Origin: Azolla caroliniana
Taxonomy: Eukaryota > Plantae > Polypodiophyta
Assembly: GCA_043228905.1 (NCBI GenBank)
Contig: JBHGNT010000011.1
Location: forward strand, 9,300,001 to 9,364,000
Direction of reading: 5' to 3'
Length of the DNA stretch: 64,000 bases
This document shows positions 11,900-24,555 of the stretch, one piece after another. The notes beneath the pieces are model-generated. The model worked only from the letters and a program-made list of their open reading frames with translations. It searched no databases and was not told where the DNA came from. The translations under genes were made by a program, and so were the position numbers. Position 1 is the first letter of the stretch, and every line of letters starts with the position of its first letter.

Positions 11900-12703
11900 C
11901 TTAATTTCTTGTTACAAAGGTCAAGCACATACCTTTTAGTTACGGCTGAATATTGAGATTGGACTATGAAGACCCTGACTTCCAAAACCTAATTCTTCTA
12001 GTTGATTGCTCGAAGGGAGTTCCCAAGATGTTTGTGTGTGAATACTTATTAGTGAAGGACTCATGTGATCCTGAATATTTTAGATTAGCGATTGAGCAGT
12101 TCGATAATTTAATCACAACACTTCAGCCATACATACAGGGTCATGTAATATTAAAAGAGTGCTCCCTCTCTGATAAAGGTGGCACATAAAAAGATGTCCG
12201 TGTACCCGAGGCCACCCAAAAAGAAAGTGACCAAATTGTTTGAGTCAAAGTCATCAAGTTCAATGGACGACTAAGAGACAAGGACAACACTAGTGTTCTT
12301 TCAACTGAATAGAATAAAACTAGAAGAGAGATAAAATGAGAAGACAAACTAGTGCAGAAAGGACAAATCTTTAACCTCCCCATTACCCAAATCTATCGCC
12401 CACCTGTCGATGAGAAATCTGGACGTCGACCACTAGAGATCAAGGAACCTCACAAACTACATGTCGAGAACCTCAAAAAGAAAATCAAGATTAATCCCCA
12501 ATGCATGCAATAGTAGTACCATTCATCGTAATGGTTGATCCTGATGAGTGTTCATGTTTAGAAGAGTTTGACATAAGAAAACATGATTAGTACAACTAGT
12601 ATGTCATTGGGGGATCACACTCGATAGAAGCAAGAAGGAATTTAGTGAGAGAACATCCCACAACATACTTCTTTAAGTATGCTGAATGTACTAAGATTTA
12701 CGT
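11900..12703 (+). pseudogene. Degenerate ORF with ParB/sulfiredoxin-like domain, truncated by an LTR insertion
   Basis: One frame with several stops from 11953: ...RRPLEIKEPHKLHVENLKKKIKINP / HAIVVPFIVMVDP...YVIGGSHSIEARRNLVREHPTTYFFKYAEC; pattern resembles the ParB R..HV..L...P.IV...y.I.G.H..EA motif. Confidence 0.6.
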
Positions 12704-14863
12704 TGTCACGGTATTCCGCATGCGTGTGTCGGAGGGGGCGCCTGCAAAGAAGCTCCAATCAGGGAGCGCATGGGCTTGCCTACGCAAGTGGAGTCTTGCA
12801 TAGGACGTGGACTTCTTGCCGAAAACACAGCAATGGTCTGCTGACAAGCCGCCAGTCAGGGAGCACACGGGCTCACCTACGCGAGTGGGGTCTTGTAGAG
12901 GAGACGGTACCGCGAACTGGAGCCTCGGAGTGCATGAACTAAGAAAACCCTAGCAAAAGTCGACTAATAAACCCTAACAAACGCGAAGAAGAACTCTCTA
13001 AGGAAACAAAATGTGGAACCCCAAACTAGACAAAAATGGGAACCCCTTTTCAAGGGATCCTCTCTTTTCAAGGAGAAAGAGGTGTTACAATGTGGCATAA
13101 ATATCCCCCCTCTTTTCAAGGGGATAGTCTGCCCGATTTCCTGGAATAGTGATGGACAGGTGCACTTAATTCCATCACTTTCACACACTACAATGTACAA
13201 ATGTGCACTTATGGCACTAACAAACTATACACATGGTGTATAGTATGAGTGCACACGGTGCAATTCACCAAATACACCGAACTTTCCAGTTTTCTCATTG
13301 TGGCCGGAAATCTTGACGACATCCACCCTCACCCAACCACACATCCACCGGAATGTGCCAAGACGGAAAGAAGGTGAGAGATTTCTGGTTATAGTGTTCA
13401 ACCGGGTCCTCCGCCATCCCGATCCCCGGTTGCTGTGTTGACCTCCGCCGGTCCCAAGCCATCAACTCTGCGGCCGACTTAGTCGTCGGTTGGGAGCTCC
13501 TCTTCGTCATTGTCCTCGACTGCTCATTCCAAGCTCATTCGGCCTCTCCACCTGAGCCACCGTCCCCAAACGATCCACCATGCTCGGAAGTGCTTGTTGA
13601 TCCTCCGTCTCCACTCAATCTGCCAGATCCGGTGCTTGTACTCGTTCGTCTTCTGGTTGGTCACAGTAGAATTCCCGAATGCTATTCCCGACAAAAACCG
13701 GCTCCCTTCATTCTTCGTGCATGTCCTTTCTCCGGACCCCTGATTCCTTCGACCGCCTATTGGAATTTGCACCTTGCTTGCGCTCGTCTTGACCAAACGG
13801 ATTCCTTGGGTCAGCTTCACCTCGCGTTGAACTCCTTCTTATCCTCATCATCGCCGATCCCCTCCGTACTCGCTACTCGGCCCTTACACGGCCATATTGC
13901 ATGCATCTCGCTCCACTCTTTGTTGTGTACTTCTTGGGGACAATACACATTCTCCCCGATTCCCGAGTCGGTTCCCTTCGGTTTGGTGTCATCTGCATCC
14001 TTCGGTAACGTTGCTTCGCTCCGAGGGACACCCTCTTCGCCGATTTGCCCGCTTCACCTTCGTTGTTCTTCGCAACACTTTGCTCGATTTTGTCGGTGCC
14101 TTCACCTACTGCAACCTTCGTCCCCTCGTTGCCACCATCCATCTCCTCGATCTTACTTTGATCCGCAATGACCGAAGTCTTTGGGTTAGGTGTGGAGGAT
14201 CCCTCTCGGGTCTTCTTTTCCGGCCACCGACTTCGCTCAATCCATTCTCTGCGTTCACCCCCTTTCCGCTTCTCTCCGAATCGGTTATCCGGAACTCAAC
14301 ATTCTTGGCTCTTGTCTGGGTAAGCCCTCTTCTGATTGGGCTTGACAGCCTCTTTGTTGTCTTCCAAGACTTGGGCCGGTTCCGGTTGAACAATCCGTGT
14401 ACGGATCGTGCTCATCCCGAATCGGAACGCCGACGGGTTCGACTCCCAGTCGGGCCGACTTTCGATTCTGCTCCCCTTGGTGCTGCCTTTCTTTTCTTCC
14501 ATTCTCTTTTCCGCAGCTCCGTCCTTGACCTCCTCGCAGGCCATTTCCCACCCGTCTTCACTAGCATCGTGCCAGGACTCCTCATAGTCACCCACCATCT
14601 CTTCAGTCTCGTGTCAGCTCTCAAGCCCAACTGCCGAAGTTTCCAGAATCGGTGTGGAGGGCTCATCTCCACATTTTTCTTTGTCTGTGGCTGCCTTGCC
14701 GGCCTCATCCTTACTTTTGCTCTCTTTGGCCCAACTGTCGAAGTCTCCAGATCCGGTGTGGAGAGACCGCTCCGTCCGCACATTCTTGCATGTTGGCTCT
14801 ACGGCTGGAGTGCCAAAGTCTCCGGATCAAGTGTGAGGAGACCCAAAGGATAGTTCTTCATTT

Positions 14864-15572
14864 TGTTGAGAAATCGATGCGGAATAGATCACAATAAATG
14901 AACTACGCGCTGAATTACGAATCACAAGAAATACACCAGAAAGACAAGATAAATAGATGTACATAGAGATTTACGTGGAAACCCTAAAACGGGGAAAACC
15001 ACAGGTGAACAAATCTTCACTATAGATAGTGGATATACAACATAGAGAGGAATACAACACTCTGTCGAGTGTATCAGCCACACAGGGCTCTTCGCGTCTG
15101 CTGTTACAAAACACAGCTATGGCGCGGTTTACGGTACTCTCACTCTCACACTCTCTTGCGTTCTGCAACTTCTATTCTTACACAGTTCTACCACATAAAG
15201 TTTGCCCTAGTTGTATATATACTTACACAACTTTTTGGCTATTTACATACGTAGCCCTCATGGGGCGCACACTTAGACTATTTACAAGTATAGTCACCCG
15301 AGTTGGCTATTTACACGATTCCGGTTTCGGCCGAGGCCCCGAGTCACTCATCAACTCGGCTCCTCTTTCTTTCCCATCTGGAGGGACTTGTTTCCACACA
15401 TCATCATTATTATTATTACTATAATAATAATAGTTGAATCTTCAAACAGTCGACTCACTGTTTTCGACTCTTCGACTGTCAGCTTTCCGAATAGTCGGAT
15501 CTTCCCTGTCATCGATTGTAGGCTTTCCGATCAGTCGGTTCTTCCTCCCATTGGAGGGACATATTCCCAACA
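14864..15572 (-). mobile_element. Solo LTR (copia-type)
   Basis: TG...CA ends; 5-bp TSD CATTT (14859-14863 / 15573-15577); GTGGAAACCC..GGGGAAAACCAC motif shared with the solo LTR at 24556. Confidence 0.85.
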
Positions 15573-16589
15573 CATTTCACCACCTCCTTTTGTCCTTCTC
15601 TTGGACTGAGTTGCCTCGCCGCCACCCTCGGGCCCCGAATCTGACCTCATCCTCGGTCAATCTTCCTCTACAAGTCTAGAGGGCGTCTTGCTGCACACCC
15701 TCTCCCATGGTACCTTTGTACCATCCTTCGGCCTACGCATGGGCCACGTTGGTCTCGTCCGGAAGGCTGACCAACTCTGAATCTCCGAAGTCCATTCACA
15801 TGCCGGTTCTCTCCTCTTCCTCAATCATTGCCTTCAGAGTCTCGTACGCTTCCCGGACGAGGGCCTCGACAGCGAGCTTCGCCGATCCTTCTTGTCGCAC
15901 GCCCACTTCCTGTTGTGATGACACGGCATAATGCGTCATCTTCCCTTTTCCATTCTTGGACCGCTCATCATCCAACCATTGGCATACTCATTCGACTTTT
16001 GACCATTCCTCGGTAAGGCCATTCGCTCCGTCATCATGTTCGAGCTTGATTCTGATGGCCTCCCGTTCCGCTCGGTTGATCGATCTAACGAACAACAGGA
16101 CTTTGTCCACCCCCACCAGTCTTTGTTCTTGCTCCGTGATCCGAGCAAAACCCTGCTTGAACTCTCGGAACCCCTTCGTTGTGCCCTAGTGGGTCTTTAC
16201 CGATGCTACCCATTGGTCAAAGTTGAGCCGTCCCCAACTTTTCGGTCTGCCTCCTTACCCCTTTAGGAGCACTGTTTCAAAGGCCTCCCACGAACTATGA
16301 GCTTCTTGAATCCCCTTTACTTCCGCGTACATCTGGTCGTTTGCGACCTGACAGAAGAACTTCAGCCTCAACGGCTCGTCTACATCTCAGACCTTCATCT
16401 CCGCGTTGTAGGCTTCCAAGTAGAATGGGACTTTCTCCCCATTGAAACGGTCGTCTCTTTCGACCACACACCTAACAACTTGTTGCGTTGCTTGTCGTCT
16501 CATCGTCACTCGTCCGAACTCCATCACCACTTCCGCCACCATCTCTACGAAGTCATCGTCTTCCAACTCCATGCTCCCTTGCCGCCCTT

Positions 16590-16606
16590 TCACGTCGGGT
16601 TCACCA
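16590..16606 (-). promoter_or_regulatory. Primer-binding site complementary to tRNA-Trp
   Basis: TGGTGAACCCGACGTGA 4 nt inside the LTR; matches the 3' end of eukaryotic tRNA-Trp as I recall it. Confidence 0.8.
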
Positions 16607-16950
16607 AAGATGTCGCGATATTACACGTGTGTGTATCGGATTGGGCAGGAGCACCGGGGAGAGATGGTTACTAGAAGGCCGATTTCATCAGAGTCGGATA
16701 TGCTGACTATGACACCACCCGGAACGATGTTGGATGAGAGCCAGAAGCGACCGAACTGGATAGATCCGGATGCGTCCCAGAAGCAACTGGATTGAAGACA
16801 GTGAGGGCACTTGCACACACCCCGGCTCGTCACACGCCCTTATGTGTAGAAGAGGGAATAGTAGAAGACATGTGGCCCAGTAGGGGCCCGATAACAAGAC
16901 GACAAATCTCTGAAACGGGAAGAGAAAACACACCGCTACACAGGACGACT

Positions 16951-17002
<52 letters not shown>

Positions 17003-17807
17003 CGAAACCCAATACACCGACACCAACACTGACACACACAGATTCCTTAGTAGGCACTTTAGGACTCAACCCTAAAGACACCAACACTGACACAGGTATA
17101 TAGGAACAACGGTTACAAACCCGGCTTAGAGCCGGTTCGATCCAAAGAGACAGAGGAGGCGCATGCAGACAAGATTCTGTTGGGGAGCACACGGGCTTCC
17201 CTATGCGATTGCAGTCTTGCACAAGATGCAGTGTCGGGGTAGTTGTGGTTCGTGCGGCGAAGTTGCAGGGACTAAGGTTAAAGGGAGTTTATAAGGCTTG
17301 TGCGTTGATGTTAGAAAGATTAAGGATAGGAAGAATAAGAGTTAAAAGTAATGTGTGTGAGAGAGACGAGCATAGATAAGAGACAAAGACAATGTATGAT
17401 TGAAGAATTGAAATGGTATGATAAGAACAAACTTTATATTAAGAATACAAGATTTTACCAACTGTACAATGCTTCATCCCAATATGTGATCTTTCTTTGC
17501 CAAACTCTAGATTTGAACCCTCGACTTCAACTCCAAGAAACGAGCCTCTTCGCAAATAAGCTAACTTGTTTGTTTAATTATATTATTATCTAACTTTCTC
17601 TTCTTGATTACCCTGTTTTCCCTTCCTTCATCCCTTAATTCCTTGCCTCTCTTGAAAATATATAAAAATAAACTTCAATATTGTATTAAGTAACATTTGA
17701 GAGACTTGAACCCATAAACTCATACACCAAGGACGAAACATATACCATTAAGGCAAGTTATTTTCTATAATTACATTTTTATCATCATACTTATGACATG
17801 TGTATCT

Positions 17808-18740
17808 TCATACATTAAAGCTTAGATGAGCATGATGGCTGTCATGCATCACATGTAAAGCATGTGCGCCAAATGGAATTTGTTGCTCCCCAAATTTTGC
17901 AGGTGCCTCTGTTGTTACTTGAGCCCAATAGTCCCTTGTATAATGACTCCTATGCCCTTCATGAATCCCAACATCATTTATCTTCTTTAAACTTGCACCA
18001 TTAATTGTGCCATGATCCAAATCTTGGAGTGTTGCTGCACACCCTCCCGTAACTTCTTCCATCCAATGTTTTATATTTGTCACAATTTCTGTGTCCGAAG
18101 CAAGCGTGAAAGTTGGGCATGTCTTCCCTTTTACTTTATTAGCTTCTTTCAACTCAGGAGCATCCTTTTCCATCTCTCTTCTCTCTTGTTCTTGTGTCTC
18201 GTGCATTTTAGTTAGATTAGCCTCCTTAGCCCTCTTTCGCTTCTCTTCCATTAGTACATCTTGGTCATTCACTTGGGCAAATGTTCATAGTGCGTCTACC
18301 GGATCATTCCATCTAGTGAACTTTCGTATTTCGTCACCCGCTCTTTTTAACTCATCCACTAGAACCTTCCTTTTTCTTTCATACTCCATCACATATTGCC
18401 AAAAGCTAGATCCACCATATGAGTCTTCTACTCGTAACTCTATGGTTGTCACAGATTGTATTGCTTGAATTGTTTTTATCTCAACATCTTTCACTAGCTT
18501 TTTCATTCCACCTTGCCCGAAGTTGAGTAGGAGTGGTTGTCGTGTCATGGTCGAGTGAATCTTACCATCTTGATAGTAGATTTTATCATGATTAAGAGAG
18601 TAGATTTTAACATGATTAAGAGCATCCCTATGTTCTTGACAGTCTTTCTTTTGGCGGTCGACACTATCACACCACATACACCTTCAGACAATGCCACCTC
18701 CTTGCCTTGACAAAGTTGAGCTTTGTCCTGATTCCAACTT
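17808..18740 (-). pseudogene. Decayed Phygy-like gag/pre-protease fragment
   Basis: MWCDSVDRQKKDC knuckle-like motif, PLLLNFGQGGMKKLV, HYTRDYWAQVTTE; frameshifted. Confidence 0.6.
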
Positions 18741-18763
18741 CGTCACTTTAATCGGCTAACTAC

Positions 18764-21700
18764 TAATGGGCCCGGTTTCGGGTCAAACCGAACCGAACCA
18801 TTAAACTGTGGCTTAATCATTTATTGGTTCAAAAATAAATAAACCGTTATCGCGTTATTACGCGCGTGCGTGTAGAAGGGGGCCAGACCACGGGGGTCTC
18901 AGACGAGGGAGTAGAGGAGAAGGAATAAGACACAAAATGGAAGCTTAGCTCAAGAGGAGAAGAGGAAGAATAGCACATAAACATGGACTAGAATAGAATC
19001 AAGATACACCCACAAGGCAAGAAGATCAATAAGCTATATTAAAACAAACGAATGATTACAACAATGGTGGCCGCATGGGCCACACCAAAACTATGAGAAA
19101 ACCCTAACCGAAGATGAGTAAGGAAAACCCTAAACGAAACCCTAACCCTAAAGCGGTAAGAACTCTAGACTAAGTGGTATACCTCTCATACGCAAAATAG
19201 GCAACCCCTTCATAAGTGACCCCTCCCTTCCTTTTATAGCCCAAGGAGGGAGGGGTCTTAGCTATCTAAAAAGCTACATGTAATCTGTATATTTTGGCAA
19301 TTTTAGGGATGATTAGAATTTGATCTCAAATAAAGACTAGCTAAACGGTGGACCATAAATGGTAATATTTCCATCCCCATCATAAATGATACGTATCTTT
19401 AAGATCTTCCTACTAAAAATTAGCTATAAAAAAAACTATTTAGCTGTGGTCAATTTACCAGCTAAATAGTTATAATAGTGTTTCCATTCGCATGCTTTCA
19501 CCCTACACACCACCAACTTGCCCATTCCACCTCGGTTTCACACTGTAGCCGGAAATCTTCACAACATCCACCCCCACCAAACCGCACGTCCACCGGTACG
19601 TGCCAAGAAAGGAAAAGGGTGAGAGATTTCGGCGACGTTGATCAACCGGGTTCTTCGCCATCCTGGCACCCGACCGTCTTGCCAGTCCCTTGTCGGCGCC
19701 GATCCGTCTTGCCGGTTCCTTACCAGCCCTGACCCGCTGGCTCCATCCAATCCACCGCGTGTCCCCGAACCGTCGACTCCATCCGATCCGCCATATCCGA
19801 CGTTCGCGCCTTCCTTCCCGATCAGTCCTCCCGAACGTCGTTGCCGACTCGGTCACCCCGACTTTGTCCGCCGCGTATGTTCTCCGATTGGGCCCCTGGT
19901 CATTCCAATCGCACGGCGGATTCCGCGTACCGCGTACTACATGTGTCCCTCCTTCAGTTCGACCATCTCCTCCTCTCGAATACCTCGTGCTGACTCCTTC
20001 CATCCCGCGCTCGCCTTCCGTAGGCTCTTTCCGTGTGTCGTTGTCGTCCACCGAATGCGCGCTCGTTCTACAGTCCTTAGGTGACCCCAATACGCGCTCC
20101 TCCCTTCTCCCTTGCTTGCCGTGCTCTCTCGTGGTAGACCGTACCTCTATCCCGACATCCATGTCAATGTACCCCGCTTCGCCGTCCTTTGCGGCTCTCG
20201 TTACCGCTTTGTCTCGACTCGCGGCCTCTTGGCCCTCTTGGCTTTGCATGCCCTTCGTAAAGCCGTGCTTCCTCTTCTCGGCGCGTAGCCCATTGCTCTC
20301 CACACACCTTCTCCGGTTCTCAAGACATAGCCTTCCGTGTTCGCCGATCATCCGCCAATACCAGCACCTCACCGCTCCGTCTGTCACCGCGTGCATTCCT
20401 CGCAAAGGCTCGACCGGTCCGTCATTGTTGGTCACTTGTTGCCGCTCTTCCGGGTGCATGATTGCTTCTCGGATCTTCTCAGGCCGTAGTGCATGCTCCG
20501 CTTCATGCTCTTTACTCGTCGTGGTCCCGATCTCCATGTCGGCCTCTTCTTCCTTTGTCGTCGTAGACCCTTCCATCTTCGATTGGCCCTCTCGGCCGTG
20601 CTCGTCCGTCTTCACGCACTGGGTACCCGTTCTGGTAGCCTCATCCGTTCCGGTCTCCGACTCCTCGCCGCCACTTGTCGTCTCTCCGGTCTTATGTTGA
20701 TCCGCAACCACCAAAGTCTCTAGAACAGGCGGGGAGGGTCCCTCTTGCTCTCGGCCTCTCACCGATCCGTACTCGTCGTGCCCGGTTAGCCTCCTTCTCG
20801 CTCTCACCGGCTCCCATCGTAACTGTAACCGGCCAGTAAGGAGTCGATCAAATAATCCTGGTCTTGCCGGCTTCTTTCGGTTTGGGCCCGGTTGACCGGC
20901 CCCCGCTTCACTCTTCTTCCGCTTCGTCTTCCGGTCGGGTCAGTCCCCGACTCTGACCTCTTTGCCGCTCCCGACGTCTCAGTCGGTCCTCTTGTATATG
21001 CCCGTTCCGGGCCTCGCATCCTCATCTTCGTATGTGTTCGCTCTGGGCCACGCCTCCTCATGGCCACCGCCCTTCTCTCCGGTCTTATGTTGGGATTTGA
21101 GCGCAACCGCCGTAGTCTCTAGCCTCGGTGTCGAGGGGTCTTGCCTCTGTCCGCTATAATCTTCATCGTCGTCTCGGTTGCCCGCCTTGCCGCCGCCACC
21201 GCCCGTCGCTCTAGGTCTCACGCCGACACTCGGGCCGACCGCCGGAGCCTCTAGGACCGGTGTGGGTAAGGACCCGGCACCGCCGCTCGTTGTGTCCGTA
21301 GCCGCCTCCTTCCGGATGTCGTTGTCCGCGGCTATCCCGCCTCCGATCGTGCAAGCCTCGATTACGCTTGCCGCCGTCTCTTCTATGTCGTCGTCTCGGT
21401 TACCCGCCTTGCCGCCACAACCGCACGCCGCTCTAGGTCTCACACCGGCACTCGGGCCAATTGCCAGAGCCTTTAGGGCCGGTGTGTGTAAGGTCGTGGC
21501 ATCGCCGCTTGTCTCCTCCCCACTCGATGTTTCGGGCCGCCATGTCCTGAATCCGTGGTTACCGGCCTCCATGGCCGTCGCTTCACCGCAAGGCAAGAGG
21601 GTCGCTTGCTCTGCACCCTCTCCCATGTCGCTGTCGTACGCTCTCCAAGCCTCCGTATAGGCCCCCCGTCTTCTATGCTTAGGGAGGCTTCTTCCTCCGT

Positions 21701-23289
21701 ATCCTCCGATCGCCTTCGGCCCGACTCCATAATAATCCCTTCTTCGACTTCGATTTTCACCTTCACAAGCTCGCATGCCTCCCGTATTAGCGTTTCTAGG
21801 TCGAGCTCCTCCGAACCATTTTGCGTTGAGCTCTCTTCTGGCGGTAGTGCGTAGTCACTCGCCGCTCTCTCTTCTCCACCGCTCATGGGCCGTGTTGTGG
21901 CCGACCGCCTCGCATCATGTTGACGGCACACCCATTCCACCTCGGACCACTGCTCGGTGAGACCATGTGCTCCATAATCATCTTGAAGCTCGAATAAGAT
22001 GTCCATCCTCTTCTCAAAAATAGGAGGACTTTGTCCGCCCCCACCGATCTCCGTTCCCACTCCGAGAGTTGAGAGAAACAACGCTCGAACTCTCGGAATG
22101 CCTCCATCGCGCTCTGATGACGCCTCGCCGACACCACCCACCGATCGAACTCATGTTGACCTCTTCCTTCCAGTTCCGCGTACCCGTACGCCTCCAATAG
22201 AGCTCCCTCAAAGGACTCCCACGATTTGTGAGCTTCTCAGAGCTCCTTGACCTCTTCGTACCTTGATACAATCGCCACTCGACAAAAAAAATCTAGCCTT
22301 GTCGCTTCGTCCACACCCCGCTCTATCATCTCGGCATTGTAAGCTCTCAAAAAATTTGGGACCTCATTCCCATTGAACTAGCCGACTCGATCGACCACCC
22401 TTTCGACGGCTTGTTGAGCTGCATCTCGCTTCGCCATCTTCCGTCCGACTTCCATCATGATCTCTGCTATCATCTCCTCGAAGTCGAAGTCTTCTTCCAT
22501 CTCCATGCTCCCTTGCCGCCTCTTCACGTCAGGTTCACCAAATATGTTGTGTTATTACGCGCGTGCGCGTAGAAGGGGTCGGGACCACGGGGGTCTCGGA
22601 CGAGGGAGTAGTTGAGAAGGAATAAGACACAAAATGGAAGCTTAGCTCAAGAGGAGAAGAGGAAGAATAGCACATAAACGTGGAATAGAATAGAATCACG
22701 ATACACCCACAAGGGAAGAAGATCAACAAGCTATATTAAAACAAACGAACGATTAAAACAATGGTGGCTGCATGGGCCGCACCTATGAGAAAACCCTAAC
22801 CGAAGATGAGTAAGAAAACCCTCAATGAAACCCTAACCCTAAAGCAGTAAGAACTATAGACTAAGTGGTATACCGCTCATAAGCAAAATAGGCAAAGTGA
22901 CCCCTCCCTTCCTTTTATAGCCCAAGGAGGGAGGGACCTTACAATGTGGGATAAAATTTCCCCTCTTATTTCTATACACCATTTCCTAGTATACATGTGC
23001 ACATGTTGCACACCACCGACTTGCCCATTCCACCCCAGTTTCACACTGTAGCCAGAAATCTTCACGACACCGTTTGGTTTGGTTTCAAATGTTATGATCC
23101 GGTTTGGTTTCGGTTTGGTTTGGTTTTGAATTTCATGGTTTAGCGGTTTAGTATGATAATCAATATCTCAAAAAAATGATTTGATTTGGTTTTGATTTAT
23201 GATAAACCACTTTGGTTTGGTTCTAAAATTTCCGTAAACGGTTTGGTTTGGTTTGGTTTCAAGGCCAAGAAACCGAACTGGGCCCATTG
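18764..23289. mobile_element. hAT-like MITE (~300 bp) split by the gypsy insertion at 18848-23069
   Basis: Imperfect TIRs TAATGGGCCCGGTT / AACTGGGCCCATTG; many subterminal AACCG/GGTTT repeats; no 8-bp TSD seen. Confidence 0.55.
18848..23069 (-). mobile_element. Complete non-autonomous Phygy-like gypsy element (LTR-PBS-gag-low-complexity ORF-PPT-LTR, no pol)
   Basis: LTRs 18848-19566 and 22545-23069; 4-bp TSD CCGT; tRNA-Trp PBS at 22524-22540; gag start MEMEEDFDFEEMIAEIMMEVG..FNGNEVPNFLRAYNAE; long charged/repetitive frames 19503-22141; no RT, RNase H or integrase. Confidence 0.85.
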
Positions 23290-23469
23290 CCAGATCTAAC
23301 AAGGTTCGTCATGCTCTTCATAGGATCAAAACAACATTCTTAACCCAGTATTCTTCTTTCTCGGTCTCTCTTTTCTTTTCTATGATGCGTACTTCTTGGT
23401 CGAATCAAATTTGTATTACGTTTTATTTTCTTTCTTTCTACTTTCTACCATGATACGATGTTATACTTA

Positions 23470-23810
23470 TGCATCGGATCGAGTGTGTTTGCACTAATCG
23501 CACACTCTCAACTCATGGCCCTTTTGCATATTGCTATGTATATCCCACTCTCCCTTCTCTTGAGCTACCTCTTACGGTAATAATTATTCTTGTGCATCGA
23601 GTCGAGCATGTTTGCCCTAATCGCACACGCTCACCTCATGACCCTTTTGCATATGATGTTGAGTATGATACCCTTCCCTTTATTGAGCCATCACTAGGCC
23701 GATTCTATGGGATGTTGTGGTCTTAACGAGGTGTATGTCGCCTACCTATGCCACTCTACTCTCTATTGAGCTATCACTTGGCCGATTCTATGGGATGTGG
23801 TGGTCCAGGA
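23470..23810. repeat. Degenerate local duplications (~120 bp x2 and ~40 bp x2)
   Basis: GCATCG..TAATCGCACAC..CCTTTTGCATAT occurs twice; TTGAGC.ATCACT.GGCCGATTCTATGGGATG occurs twice. Confidence 0.6.
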
Positions 23811-24555
23811 GGTGCATGTCAATTACCCTAGGGTTTCTTACTTTAAGGTATGCTTAATGTTCCATACACGTAATTGATTATTATTCTAATTAATTTCTAA
23901 TTACACAAATTTTCGTTTCACTTTTGTATGCTTTTCTAGTAATTGTCAATTACCCACCCACAATTAACTATCAGTTTTCCCTTCCTTGTCATGTTTAAAG
24001 TATTTATGTGTGTTTACCTATGATGTAACACTTTCGTGTAGACTATTTTTTCATACTGAGTGGGCATCATGCCATTATTTGAATGATTTTTTCCAACGGC
24101 TCATCTAGGTTTAACTCATATTATCGAGCCTTAGAACTCGAGTAAAACCACATGAGTTCCCCTATTGATGTTTTACTCATAAATTTGAGTACTACATCTT
24201 TGCGCACAACACCATCACCGTTTATATCAACTAGTGGCTTATGTCACAATTGTGCACATTACAATCGCCATATTGGGATAGATATGTGCATACCTCGCAC
24301 CATCCATTTATTGGTGGTATTTTCTTTTAGTAGACAACGCATGGTTTTTGAACCTTGTTTTCGTCACTTCTTGACTCTTATAGATAGTGACTTCCTTTTC
24401 TCTCTTTTTCATAACATTTGCTTACTCCTCGCAAGACTAGAATATTACTTGCGAGTGCACTTGTTTTTTCACGTAATACACTTTCTCGACCATGTCAATA
24501 CATGTTGAGTTAGCATTCTAATATAAGGCTAACTAGGAGACTACATTGATGTTAG

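Larger units (their letters stand above)
12704..17228 (-). mobile_element. Pol-less Phygy-like gypsy (gag remnant, tRNA-Trp PBS), with mismatched/truncated LTRs
   Basis: 3' LTR 12704-13321 with PPT-like GTGGTTGGGTGAGGGTGGA; PBS TGGTGAACCCGACGTGA at 16590-16606; gag MELEDDDFVEMVAEV..FNGEKVPFYLEAYNAEM; 5' LTR begins at 16611 and is cut near 17228. Confidence 0.75.

Noticed and set aside
13590-14853. Long + strand ORFs (193 and 318 aa), and likewise 19690-20700
   Set aside because: Antisense shadows of GC-rich retroelement frames with no recognisable domain.
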